Shown: positions 47,201 to 55,727 of the stretch, piece after piece
Position numbering within the stretch: position 1 is the stretch's first letter
Layout: each line of letters begins with the position of its first letter
Source: an uncultured Bacilli bacterium
GTDB taxonomy: Bacteria; Bacillota_I; Bacilli_A; RF39; UBA660
Direction of reading: 5' to 3'
Assembly (NCBI GenBank): GCA_947626035.1
Contig: CANQQR010000002.1
Location: 37,175-101,174, forward strand
Length of the DNA: 64,000 nt
Made by a program: the position numbers and the translations under genes
The notes under the pieces: generated by a model
What the model saw: the letters and a program-made list of their open reading frames with translations, nothing else
Told to the model about the DNA's origin: nothing
Database searches by the model: none

Positions 47201-48544
47201 CATTTCGTCTGTTATGTGAGTAAGAGTAGTTATTTCGTTTCTAAGTGGAGCGTGTGGGTTTATTAGTTCGTCAAATCTGTCAGTTATTTTTCCATTTTTT
47301 ATTTTTACGGCTCCAATTTCTATCATTTGATCTCCAGCAGCTGCGTTAAAGCCGGTTGTTTCTGTATCAAATACTACATATTCGCTTTCTAATAGTGGGT
47401 AGTCACTGTTTTTGTTTATTATTAGTATTTCGTCGTCTACTACAAATAGTTCTACACCAAATAATACTTGTATGTCTCCTTTACTTTTGTATACTTTAGG
47501 GAAACATTGTATGCCGTTTTTATCAGTTATTCCTATTGCGCGGTGTCCAAATGAAGATACTCTTTTTAGTAGTTTTTTAGGGTCAATTAGTCCGTCCATT
47601 TGACTCATGGTTGTGTGACAGTGTAGTTCTACTCTTTTTACTTCGGCGTCGTCTGTTCTTTCTTTTGTTATGTGATTAAATGTTTCTATGTCTCTTATGT
47701 TTAGTACTAGGTCTCCTGCAAATGTATCATGTTTTACGTAACCTTTTATTTTGTACCAAGAGCCTTCCACTACTCTTTTTGATAACATTTTTACTTGTTC
47801 TTTGTCTTTTGTGAATATTTTTGCTATTAGTGAGTCTGTTGTGTCGCTTATTTTGTATGTTATTATGTTAAAACCTGATGCTGTTTCTTTTATTTCACTA
47901 CCAAATACAAAGACTTCTACTGTTACATCTGACATTTCTGCTATTATGTTTTTTAGTTCTGTTTTTTTGCTTTTTATTTCATTTCCTAAAATTATACTGC
48001 TTTCTTTTTTTGTTACTTTTATTTCTTCTTCTGTTACATCTTTTTGTTTTATTAGTTCTTTAGCATCTATGCTTGCTTTTTCGTTTATTTCTCCAGTTAT
48101 TTCTAAGTTTAGGTAACCCATGGCTATTAGAAATTCTTTCATTTTAGGTTTTATGTTGTTTATTTTTTCTAGTTCTATGCTGTTTGCTACTTCTATTTTT
48201 ATTATGTTATCATTTACTATTACGTCTGTTTCTTTTATGCTTTTTAGCATAGGACATTTTTCTTGGTAATTTTTAAAGATGTAGTTTACATAGTCACTTA
48301 GTAAGTTTAGTGTGTCATGTTTAAAGACAAAGTATACTTTTTTTACTGTTTTAAGATTAGAAGATAGCTCACATATAAGTTTAAATATTGATACAGGTAT
48401 CATTTCTTTTATTTTCATGTATATTGTCCAGCTTTCTTCATGAGTGTCTACTACTACGTTTTCTAGTGTTGCAGTTTCAAAGTATTTATAATTTTCTTCG
48501 TTTAAATTTATTTTTTTAAAGAATCTTTCTAATCTAGCGTCCAT
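44261..48544 (-). CDS. polC: PolC-type DNA polymerase III (Gram-positive replicative polymerase with embedded 3'-5' exonuclease)
   Basis: 1427 aa. A DnaQ-like exonuclease domain (FDTETTG...) is inserted in the PHP domain. The polymerase core (GSRGSVGSSLVA) and a zinc finger (CPNCK...C.C) are present. Confidence 0.95.
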   Translation of the reverse strand: MDARLERFFKKINLNEENYKYFETATLENVVVDTHEESWTIYMKIKEMIPVSIFKLICELSSNLKTVKKVYFVFKHDTLNLLSDYVNYIFKNYQEKCPMLKSIKETDVIVNDNIIKIEVANSIELEKINNIKPKMKEFLIAMGYLNLEITGEINEKASIDAKELIKQKDVTEEEIKVTKKESSIILGNEIKSKKTELKNIIAEMSDVTVEVFVFGSEIKETASGFNIITYKISDTTDSLIAKIFTKDKEQVKMLSKRVVEGSWYKIKGYVKHDTFAGDLVLNIRDIETFNHITKERTDDAEVKRVELHCHTTMSQMDGLIDPKKLLKRVSSFGHRAIGITDKNGIQCFPKVYKSKGDIQVLFGVELFVVDDEILIINKNSDYPLLESEYVVFDTETTGFNAAAGDQMIEIGAVKIKNGKITDRFDELINPHAPLRNEITTLTHITDEMLKDKRDEIDVVKSFKEWIGASPMVAQNARFDISFMESAYNKYNLGSFDNVVIDTMEISKAQNPDAKKHNLSVLTKRYNIEFDETGHHRADYDAEATALVFHKMITSLSGNFETISDLKTLIDPENAYKVNRPYHVTVYAKNNTGLKNMFKIISEANTKYFYKTPRTPKSLLTKLRDGLIIGSGCVNGEIFEQAKRVNEEELSNLMKYYDFIEVNPPSIMDYLVESSEVSSKTDIYNIINKIVSCADKIGKMVVATGDVHTLDPEDNIYREILITQKQPGGGFHPLYRPSIKTIPNAYFMTTNEMLKEFEFLGSEKAYEIVVTNSNKVADMFETVEVVKPGLNPPRMENSVQIVKDTVYGNATKIYGDPLPELIKTRLDKELNGIINGGYDVIYLIAQRLVENSNAHGYIVGSRGSVGSSLVATFCGITEVNPLPPHYVCPNCKKSYFEDTDGTPYNLKYGSGFDMPERTCECGTLMKRQGQDIPFETFLGFNAEKTPDIDLNFSGEYQAKAHDYTKVLFGEHNVYRAGTVTTIADKTAEQFVRIYAEEKNITLRKPEVERLAIGITGVKRTSGQHPGGIIVIPDYKDVFDFTPYQYPAENTEAAWYTSHFEYHDIEENVLKLDILGHDDPTVLKYLSDDVKVDINDIPLDDRGVISLFNNPSALGVKESDINCVTGTLGIPEFGTNFVIKMLEEVKPTKFADLIKISGLSHGTDVWNGNARDLILDGTCSFDEVIGCRDDIMLYLIKAGIEKGQSFKISEFIRKGKTAKEPDTWVEHKKLLKEHNVPEWYIKSCEKIKYMFPKAHAAAYVINGFRVAWFKLYHPLNYYRVYLSIRESDFDIDAMIKGRSEVLASIERITEKGFSKSKKEESILSSLSIINEMMCRGFHIENISIQESDATMFKINKDKTGLIPPFTVLDGMGDVAAKKIVEERENRPYVSIEDFQIRGKVSQAIVDKLRGLNCFNEMPESSQLSLDLFM

Positions 48545-48624
48545 TGTTACTTCACCACCTTAATTATATCTTAAAGAATTATTTCTTAAAAGTCTTGACT
48601 TTTTTTATTTTTTTGTTTTGTGAA

Positions 48625-48659
48625 TTTTGTGAAAAAATAGTTCTTTTTGGGAACTATTT
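48625..48659 (-). terminator. Intrinsic terminator after the thyA-fusion operon (9-bp stem aaatagttc/gaactattt, U6 tail)
   Basis: Inverted repeat at 48635-48643 and 48651-48659. The minus-strand tail is uuuuuucaca. Confidence 0.7.
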
Positions 48660-48668
48660 TTGGTTATT

Positions 48669-50093
48669 TTATTCTATTTTTAGGCCCTTTTTTAGTTCTT
48701 TGTGACCACCTATTCCAAATCTTACTTTTTCTTCTTCTTTTGGCATGATTATGTGGACGTGTAAGCGCTTAAGTGTGGCGCCTGAAAAGGATGGGTCGCC
48801 AAATCTCATGGAGATTGCTCCTCCGTTTATTTGATATTCTTCTATTAAGTTTAGAGATATTTCTTTTAGTTCAGCCCACATTTGTTCTGTTATGTCTTTT
48901 ATGTCATATATTCCGTATTTTGATATTATTAAGAATTGAAGTTCAGCACCAAGGTAAGGAAATTTGTTTTTTGTTACATACCAGTAATTAGTTACATATA
49001 GTATTTCTTGGTCTATGTGTTCTATTCCTAATGGGTCTATTCCCTCGGCTTCTTTTTTTATCATTATATCAAGTTGTTCTTGTTTTCTTGCGTTTGGCGG
49101 GTAGATGTATTTGTAGCCGTTCATGTCTACTAATGTTTCTACTTCTGTTTTTTCTATTAAAGGGCGCGTGATTATTCCATGTTTTTTTGCTAATGCGTGA
49201 GAGCGTTTGCTCCAGTTTCTTTCTGGGTGGTCTTCTAGATAGTATATTTCTTTTACACCTTTTTCAATTAGTACTTTCATGCATTTGTCACATGGGAAAA
49301 GTGTTGTGTATATAGGTGTGTCTAATACTTGTACTTCGCCTAGTTTTTTTAATAAATTCATTTCAGCATGTTCTGTTAATGCGTAGTAGAGTTCTGTACG
49401 GTTGTTTATGTCATATGCTGGCAAGTTTAAGTCAGTGTGGTTTGTGCCAAAGTGCCATTCGCCATTATAGAAGCATGCAGCAGATACAGGGCAGACTACG
49501 TCAGTTGAGTCTCTTAAGTGGTCTATTAGCATTGTTATGATTTCGTCCATGTCAGAAGTATAGCCTATTCGTTTTTTTAAGTCTTCTATAGCAATACTTA
49601 CTAATTCATTTATTTCTTTTACTTGTTTACCTTTACTAGATATTACTATTTTTCTTATTTTGTCAGATGTTGAGCTTTCTGATTGTCTTGGTAGTATTTT
49701 TATTTCAGTGCAATATTCTTTTAAGGCTTCTATTTGTTCTTTTTTGTAGGTTTCTTTTATTATGATTAGTACATCAGGTTTTACTGATTTTATTAGGTGC
49801 CACTTAGGTTCGTTTACTTCTTTTATTACAACTTCTGAAGCGATGCCTGGTAGTAGTTTTATAAATTCATATCTTTCTTCTTCTGGGATTATTGGTCTAC
49901 CGGATCCTTTTCTTTTTTTTATTTTTTCGTCACTGTCCATAGCTACGATTAGAAAGTCACATTGTTCTTTTGCTTTTAGTAGATATCTTAAGTGGCCTAG
50001 GTGGAATAAGTCCCAAGAGCCTTGAACTATTCCTATTTTTTTACCTTGTTTTCTTGCTTCTTCTACTCTTTTTAAAAAACTTTCGTCAATCAT
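48669..50093 (-). CDS. Three-domain fusion protein: cytidylyltransferase-like (RfaE-II/TagD-type HxGH nucleotidyltransferase) + dCMP/cytidine deaminase (zinc-binding) + C-terminal degenerate HIT-like domain
   Basis: N-terminus: GIVQGSWDLFHLGHLRYL...KGSGRPIIPEEER (CTP_transf_like pattern). Middle: HAEMNLL...PCDKC (CDA-fold zinc ligands H-A-E / PCxxC). C-terminus: LHVHIIMP (partial histidine-triad-like). 474 aa. It starts immediately after the thyA stop. Confidence 0.7.
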   Translation of the reverse strand: MIDESFLKRVEEARKQGKKIGIVQGSWDLFHLGHLRYLLKAKEQCDFLIVAMDSDEKIKKRKGSGRPIIPEEERYEFIKLLPGIASEVVIKEVNEPKWHLIKSVKPDVLIIIKETYKKEQIEALKEYCTEIKILPRQSESSTSDKIRKIVISSKGKQVKEINELVSIAIEDLKKRIGYTSDMDEIITMLIDHLRDSTDVVCPVSAACFYNGEWHFGTNHTDLNLPAYDINNRTELYYALTEHAEMNLLKKLGEVQVLDTPIYTTLFPCDKCMKVLIEKGVKEIYYLEDHPERNWSKRSHALAKKHGIITRPLIEKTEVETLVDMNGYKYIYPPNARKQEQLDIMIKKEAEGIDPLGIEHIDQEILYVTNYWYVTKNKFPYLGAELQFLIISKYGIYDIKDITEQMWAELKEISLNLIEEYQINGGAISMRFGDPSFSGATLKRLHVHIIMPKEEEKVRFGIGGHKELKKGLKIE

Positions 50094-51011
50094 TTATATA
50101 CCTACTGGAATTCCTGTTATTTTGGAATTTGGATGATAGTCTGTAAGGACAAAGTCATCTTTTCTGTAGTCTTTTATGTTTGTGTGTTTGTTTACTAATT
50201 TTAAAGTAGGAAAAGCTTCTGTTTTTCTTTCTAATATTTCTTCTACCCATGGAAGTTGGTTATAGTATAGGTGTGCATCTGAAATCATATGTATAAATTC
50301 ATATGGTTCTAGTTGTAATGTTTCAGCCATTGCTAGTAAAAGGGCTGAGTATTGTGCCCAGTTGCTTACACAGCCAACTAATACGTCACAACTTCTTTGG
50401 AACATTACCATGCTTAGTTTGTTATTTAGTACTCTAAAATGAATCCATCCGTGACAAGGACATACTACTACTTTTTGTGTGTTTTCACTATTTCTTATTG
50501 TATATTCAGGAATCCAAGGCGATATGAAGTGAGTTTTTAATTCTGGTCTTTCTTTTATTTGTTTTACGATTTGTTCAAATTGATCAAATGAAGTGCCGTC
50601 TGGTGTTGGGAAAGACATGAATGCTGCTCCGTATGAACCAGGACCTAAGTCGCCAGTAGCTAGTCCTCTTTTTGCACATTTAGCAGGTGTTACCCATGAT
50701 TTCCACCATTTGCATCCGAATTTTTCTAATTCTTCTTGTGTTCTTGCACCATTTATAAATGCAAATAGTTCGCCGACTGCTGCTTTCCAAAAGCCAGATA
50801 TGTCTCGTTCTGTTATAAATGGTACACCATTTTCTAGTATGTTAAATCTCATTACTGGTGCTCCCATTAAGTCAATTGTATCAATTTCGTTACCATTTGA
50901 GTCTACCATTGGACTTTTTGTTCTTATTCCTTTTTCTAATATTTCTCTTATTAAGTTTTTGTACTGACCGTCAGGCGTACGTTCGATAAATGGTCTATAG
51001 TCCCATTCCAT
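50094..51011 (-). CDS. thyA: Thymidylate synthase (ThyA family)
   Basis: Active-site VCPCHGWIHF (PCH), GDLGPGSYGAAF, DVLVGCVSNWAQYSALL (Asn retained, so dUMP-type specificity) and SDAHLYYNQ. The probable true start is MEWDY at 51011 with a GGAGGT ribosome-binding site 8 nt upstream. The ORF-track start at 51092 is likely an in-frame upstream extension. Confidence 0.85.
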   Translation of the reverse strand: MEWDYRPFIERTPDGQYKNLIREILEKGIRTKSPMVDSNGNEIDTIDLMGAPVMRFNILENGVPFITERDISGFWKAAVGELFAFINGARTQEELEKFGCKWWKSWVTPAKCAKRGLATGDLGPGSYGAAFMSFPTPDGTSFDQFEQIVKQIKERPELKTHFISPWIPEYTIRNSENTQKVVVCPCHGWIHFRVLNNKLSMVMFQRSCDVLVGCVSNWAQYSALLLAMAETLQLEPYEFIHMISDAHLYYNQLPWVEEILERKTEAFPTLKLVNKHTNIKDYRKDDFVLTDYHPNSKITGIPVGI

Positions 51012-51120
51012 ATTTATTACCTCCAAAACTAAAATGCCCCATATTCTTTTAACACTAGTATTTAGTTTAACAAATGAGTCGTGAAAAATCAATTCTAATT
51101 AGTGCCTCTTTTAAATTATT

Positions 51121-52719
51121 TTAATATATTTTTTCTACGGAAGTTATTTTTTTTTCTTTAGAGTAACCTACAGTTAAAGTGTCTCCTGTTTTTAGGTATG
51201 GTAAGTTTTCATTTAATGTTATATTTATTTTGTATTTTTTGTTTTCAGTTGATTCTATGTAAAGGTAAGTTGTACCGCCTATTACTACAGCGTTTATTTC
51301 TTTTACTGTTATGTTTTCTTTAATTATTTCATTTTCGTTTATATCAAATTTTACATTGTTTAGGTAATTTAATGAGGCTTCTTCTATTCCTTTACTTGAG
51401 TCAGTTACTACTACTTTTTGATAGTCTTGTACATCTATAAATGCGTACATTTTTACTAGTCCTTTTTTGTCTTTTAGGCTTACTAAGTAAGTAGGCTTTC
51501 CTTTTAGGTTTATAAGTAGAGGGAATGTTGCGGTGTAGTTCATGTCTTGAACTTGACCTTCGGCACTTGACATCGCGCTGTATTCTTCTGCTCCTGGTAC
51601 TTTATAATATTTAGTTTCTCCAGTTCTCATGTTGGTTAGTACAAATCCTAGGTTGGATTCGTCGTTTACTACACTAGTTATTCCAGTGTATAAATATACA
51701 TCGTCATTCATTACTAGATAATTGTAGCCATCTGTTGTATTTACTACTTCTTTTTGTCCAAATATGCTATTTAAAAATCCGTTTTTGTATGTTCCCCAGT
51801 CGTCTAGTTGTTCTATTAGTAGTTCTGCTTTGTATGCGTTGTCTACCCATTTTGGTATGTCTTTCATTTTGTATTTGTTAGATTCTCCTGTAATTGGGTC
51901 TAGTATTATTACGCCTGTTACTTTTGCTTTTAGTTCTATTCCAGTGTATTTTATTACAGGTACAATCCAGTAAGGGTTACCTTCGTTATCTATTTCAAAG
52001 CTTACTTCTCCAAAATTAGTAAATGGGTAACTAAATCTTAATTTTCTATATAAGTTATCGTTAAAGTACCCACTCATTGTGTATTTCATACCTTTGTTTA
52101 ATTTTATAAGTTTAGTTTCTCCTGTCACACTGTTTACTGTTATGTAACCTTTTACACCATCTTTTCTGTTTGAAATCCATTTTATAAAGCTAGCATATTC
52201 TAGTGGCGTTACTCTTATTATTTCGTCGTTATAGTTTATTTGGTTATATAAAGTTGATACGTTAAATTGGCTTACAAATTCTGACATTTGGCCCATTACT
52301 CTGTCGCCTAGAACAGTGGATGAGGCTTTATCAAGTAGTGGTAGTTTGTTAAAGTCTACTTCTTCTACGTCAGTAGCAAAGTCGCTGCTTTCGTCTACCT
52401 TTATTCTTTCGTGGTAACTTTTTGCATTAAATATTGGGCTACAGATAAAGTTTATTACTAATATGCATACAAATAATGCAGGGATTAAAAATAATGTTAT
52501 TTTAGATAGTTTGTCGTCCATTATTTTTATGTCTATTTTCATTTTGGTTTTGACTCTTTTAATGTTTGTTTGACTTAGTCTTGTTATGTTAAATACTACT
52601 AGTAAAAATATAAGATATGCGTAAAAGCCAGTGCTGTGCAAGTTGATTGCTGGTAGTGTTATATAAAACATTATGAAGCCTACTATTAGTGTTATTATAA
52701 TTGCGCGAATGTTTTTCAT
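51121..52719 (-). CDS. Hypothetical membrane-anchored protein with large extracytoplasmic domain (532 aa)
   Basis: Three N-terminal transmembrane segments. The remainder is rich in beta-type sequence (Y/T/N/G). No recognised catalytic motif. Confidence 0.5.
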   Translation of the reverse strand: MKNIRAIIITLIVGFIMFYITLPAINLHSTGFYAYLIFLLVVFNITRLSQTNIKRVKTKMKIDIKIMDDKLSKITLFLIPALFVCILVINFICSPIFNAKSYHERIKVDESSDFATDVEEVDFNKLPLLDKASSTVLGDRVMGQMSEFVSQFNVSTLYNQINYNDEIIRVTPLEYASFIKWISNRKDGVKGYITVNSVTGETKLIKLNKGMKYTMSGYFNDNLYRKLRFSYPFTNFGEVSFEIDNEGNPYWIVPVIKYTGIELKAKVTGVIILDPITGESNKYKMKDIPKWVDNAYKAELLIEQLDDWGTYKNGFLNSIFGQKEVVNTTDGYNYLVMNDDVYLYTGITSVVNDESNLGFVLTNMRTGETKYYKVPGAEEYSAMSSAEGQVQDMNYTATFPLLINLKGKPTYLVSLKDKKGLVKMYAFIDVQDYQKVVVTDSSKGIEEASLNYLNNVKFDINENEIIKENITVKEINAVVIGGTTYLYIESTENKKYKINITLNENLPYLKTGDTLTVGYSKEKKITSVEKIY

Positions 52720-52744
52720 TTTTTATCTCTCCTTTATTATGTCA

Positions 52745-53743
52745 TTATAGTTTTTTAACTTTTGTGATTAATTCTTGGTAGCTTTCTTTTACAAATTGGT
52801 CTCCAAGTTCATTAACGCCTGTTCCACTTTGGTTATTATGAGTTCTACCTTTCATTATTTCTTGTAGTATATCTATTCCCATGCTTTTTAATAATCCTAT
52901 TTCTTTAGCAGATCTTTTTAGTAAGTCTATTCCGAATAATTTTCTTTGTTTGTAGCCAGTAAAAGGTTCTACACTTCTTTCAAAGTAACTCATGTCGTGC
53001 ATTGGCGCAGGAGAGCCGTCTTCAGCTAATCTGTCCATTGATTTTCTCACGCTTTCTAGTTCTCCTACATAGTACCTAAATATTATTTTAGAGTAACTTT
53101 CTATGTCAAATTCTTCTCCAGTTATACTTTTGTAGTCTTTTATTCCAAGTGGGTAATCTAGTAAGTCTGTTGGTACTGGTATGCTTCCACTTGCCCCTCC
53201 TATACAAGCCATTTGTACTATTTCTGGATGAAGTAAAGCAAATCTTTGCGCAAATACACCAGATGATGAGTAACCGTTTAAGAATATTTTGTTGTTTATT
53301 TTTGCTTTATTTGATAGGTATGATAATACTTCATTAATTATATTTAAAACTTGAATATCAATGCGGAAGTATATATCGTCTTGGGGAAGAGTAAAACATT
53401 CTTTAGAAAGTTGTTGGTAGTATGGCACTAGAGTTTTGGTGCTTGGAAGTATTGGTATTAATACTGGGGCATAAAATTCTTCTAATTTACTTACTAGGTT
53501 ATGTGCAGTTATAAGAGCATTATTTAGTAATTCTTCCTCTTTTTCTTTTTCTAAATTGTTTGCTTCTACTACTAGAGATGCATCTTCACTTATATATTCT
53601 GGCAAAACAAGGATGTACGGAATATTATAATTTTTTTGATTATTTGGGTAATGTATTTCAACTGTGTAATTTTTATTATTTAAGTTATATTGAAAGCATA
53701 GGCCATATTGGGTTTTGTTGTAGTGTTCTGGCATTTTAATCAC
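52745..53743 (-). CDS. Alpha/beta hydrolase fold protein
   Basis: Nucleophile elbow GYSSSG (GxSxG). 332 aa. Confidence 0.6.
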   Translation of the reverse strand: MIKMPEHYNKTQYGLCFQYNLNNKNYTVEIHYPNNQKNYNIPYILVLPEYISEDASLVVEANNLEKEKEEELLNNALITAHNLVSKLEEFYAPVLIPILPSTKTLVPYYQQLSKECFTLPQDDIYFRIDIQVLNIINEVLSYLSNKAKINNKIFLNGYSSSGVFAQRFALLHPEIVQMACIGGASGSIPVPTDLLDYPLGIKDYKSITGEEFDIESYSKIIFRYYVGELESVRKSMDRLAEDGSPAPMHDMSYFERSVEPFTGYKQRKLFGIDLLKRSAKEIGLLKSMGIDILQEIMKGRTHNNQSGTGVNELGDQFVKESYQELITKVKKL

Positions 53744-53818
53744 ATCCTTTTTTAACTCTTTTATAATTTAACTATATCATACATATATTCGTTATACAAG
53801 TATTTTTTGTTATAAAAG

Positions 53819-55486
53819 TTAGAATTTTTCTACTGTTTCTATTCCTAGTATTTTTAATGCACTTGTTGTAACTTTTAAAATACAATTTAGTAGTCTTAAT
53901 CTTGAAGACTTTAAGATATTATCTTTCTCATTTGTTATGTTTATTTCTTCATATAATTTTGAAAATAGTACTGCGATGTTATAAATATATTTTGTTAGGT
54001 GTGATGGCTCGCTAGATTCTAATAATTCATTAATTACAGATGGGTACAAAGATAGTTCTTTAATTATTTGATTTTCTATATCACTATTAAATTTTATTTC
54101 TTCATATGTTTCTTGTTTATTATTTTTTAATATAGAGTTAATTCTTGCAATGCTATAGAGAATGTATATACCTGATTCCCCAGTGAAGCTTGTAGCACTT
54201 TGTAAATTAAAATTAACTATTTTATTTTTTGATACGTTTAACATAGTAAATTTAATACAAGCGTTCATTAGTTTATTTAAATTACTTTCTGATATTTCAC
54301 TATTTCTGTTTTTAAATTCTTTTATTAATGTTTCTTTTACTTTTTTCATGAAGTCTGTTACTAATACTACTGTCCCATTAGATGTAGACATTTTGTCGCC
54401 GTTTAGTAGTACATAGGAATAGCATATTAGCTTAGGTGCTTTGTAGCCTAAAATATCTAATACTGCTGTTATTTCTTTCATGTATACTTCTTGATCTTCT
54501 CCTAAAACGATAAAATTATTTTTTGGGTTTAATTTGAGTTTGTAGATTGTGTATGCAATATCTCTTATTGGGTATAATGATGTTTTATTTGAACGCGTTA
54601 GGATTAGTATTGGTGTTTTTGTTGGAATGTCATAGTCTTTTAAATCAACATATAATCTGTTTAGTTCGTCTTCGTGTAATTTGCCTGTTTTTTCTAATTT
54701 GTTTAAAATGTCTTCTAGGTAGTTATTGTAAACAAAGTCTGATTCATGAGTAAATACATCAAAATGAATGTTTAGTTCGTTTAATATTTTTAATTGTCCA
54801 TCAACACATTTATCAGTTATTTTTTTAAATTTATTAATCATTTCTGTGTTACCGTTTTCTACTTCTTTTAGGTAATCAAATGCTTTTTGATTTAGTTGTT
54901 CATTAGTGTCTGCTTCTTTGCTAATTTTTACATATGTGTCTAGGACTTCAGAAAATTCATCACTTTTTAATCCATATTTTTCTATGCCAATTACAAGTAA
55001 TGCTATTTTTTTGCCAATATCATTTATAAAATAATGTCTTGTTACATCATACCCAACAAATGCATATAAATTACTCATAAAATCTCCTATTAGACTGTTT
55101 CTACATCTTCCAATGTGAGGTTCAGCATTAGGATTTATTGAGGTATGTTCAATTAGTAATGATTCCCCTTTACCTTGATTATTTGATCCATAGTTTTCAT
55201 TTCTTTCTATTTCTTTGATTATGTTAGGACTATAATTTTGATAATTTATGTAGAAATTTATATAAGGGCCTACTACTTTTATATTTGAAAAATTATTTTT
55301 ATCGTCTATGAATTTTTCTTTAATTAAGTTAGCAATTTCATTTGGATTTTGATATTTTTCATTTCTTAGGTTAGCACATTGTATGCTATAGTCTCCCATT
55401 TCATGTTTTGGTGGTATTTCAATTTTAATTTTTGATTCTTCAATATTAATAATTTCAAGTATTTTTTTAGTTATATATTTTTTCAT
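53819..55486 (-). CDS. argS: Arginine--tRNA ligase
   Basis: Class I HIGH motif (PNAEPHIGRCRNSLIGD), KMSKS-like DKMSTSNG and a C-terminal DALR anticodon-binding domain. 555 aa. Confidence 0.9.
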   Translation of the reverse strand: MKKYITKKILEIINIEESKIKIEIPPKHEMGDYSIQCANLRNEKYQNPNEIANLIKEKFIDDKNNFSNIKVVGPYINFYINYQNYSPNIIKEIERNENYGSNNQGKGESLLIEHTSINPNAEPHIGRCRNSLIGDFMSNLYAFVGYDVTRHYFINDIGKKIALLVIGIEKYGLKSDEFSEVLDTYVKISKEADTNEQLNQKAFDYLKEVENGNTEMINKFKKITDKCVDGQLKILNELNIHFDVFTHESDFVYNNYLEDILNKLEKTGKLHEDELNRLYVDLKDYDIPTKTPILILTRSNKTSLYPIRDIAYTIYKLKLNPKNNFIVLGEDQEVYMKEITAVLDILGYKAPKLICYSYVLLNGDKMSTSNGTVVLVTDFMKKVKETLIKEFKNRNSEISESNLNKLMNACIKFTMLNVSKNKIVNFNLQSATSFTGESGIYILYSIARINSILKNNKQETYEEIKFNSDIENQIIKELSLYPSVINELLESSEPSHLTKYIYNIAVLFSKLYEEINITNEKDNILKSSRLRLLNCILKVTTSALKILGIETVEKF

Positions 55487-55489
55487 ATT

Positions 55490-55720
55490 CTTCTCCTTAA
55501 AAAGAAAATTCTATAAAATAAGGACGATTTACTCGTGGTACCACCTTAATTCATAGAATTTCTATCTCTTATTCTTTAACGCAGATATACGTATTTGACT
55601 CTAAAGATGCGTTCGTTTAACATTGTCATTTCCTTTCACTAACCGGAAATATCACTAAGACAAGAGGTTAAATTACTATTTCTTTTTCTTTGTCATTTAA
55701 TTTATGTTTTGATTATATCA
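55490..55720 (-). promoter_or_regulatory. T-box riboswitch leader of argS with extended -10 promoter (TGATATAAT, 55712-55720)
   Basis: The conserved T-box sequence on the minus strand, aattaaggtggtaccacgag (plus 55532-55552), matches AAnnnGGGTGGTACCGCG. AGAGA-like stem-I elements are present. No clear U-tract terminator follows. Instead, a hairpin uccuua...uaagga sequesters the argS SD (aaggaga). Confidence 0.6.
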
Positions 55721-55727
55721 TTTTCGT

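Noticed and set aside
51012-51092. N-terminal 27 aa of the ORF-track thyA ORF (MIFHDSFVKLNTSVKRIWGILVLEVIN)
   Set aside because: ThyA homology begins at MEWDY. A GGAGGT ribosome-binding site lies 8 nt upstream of that ATG. The extension has no ribosome-binding site.
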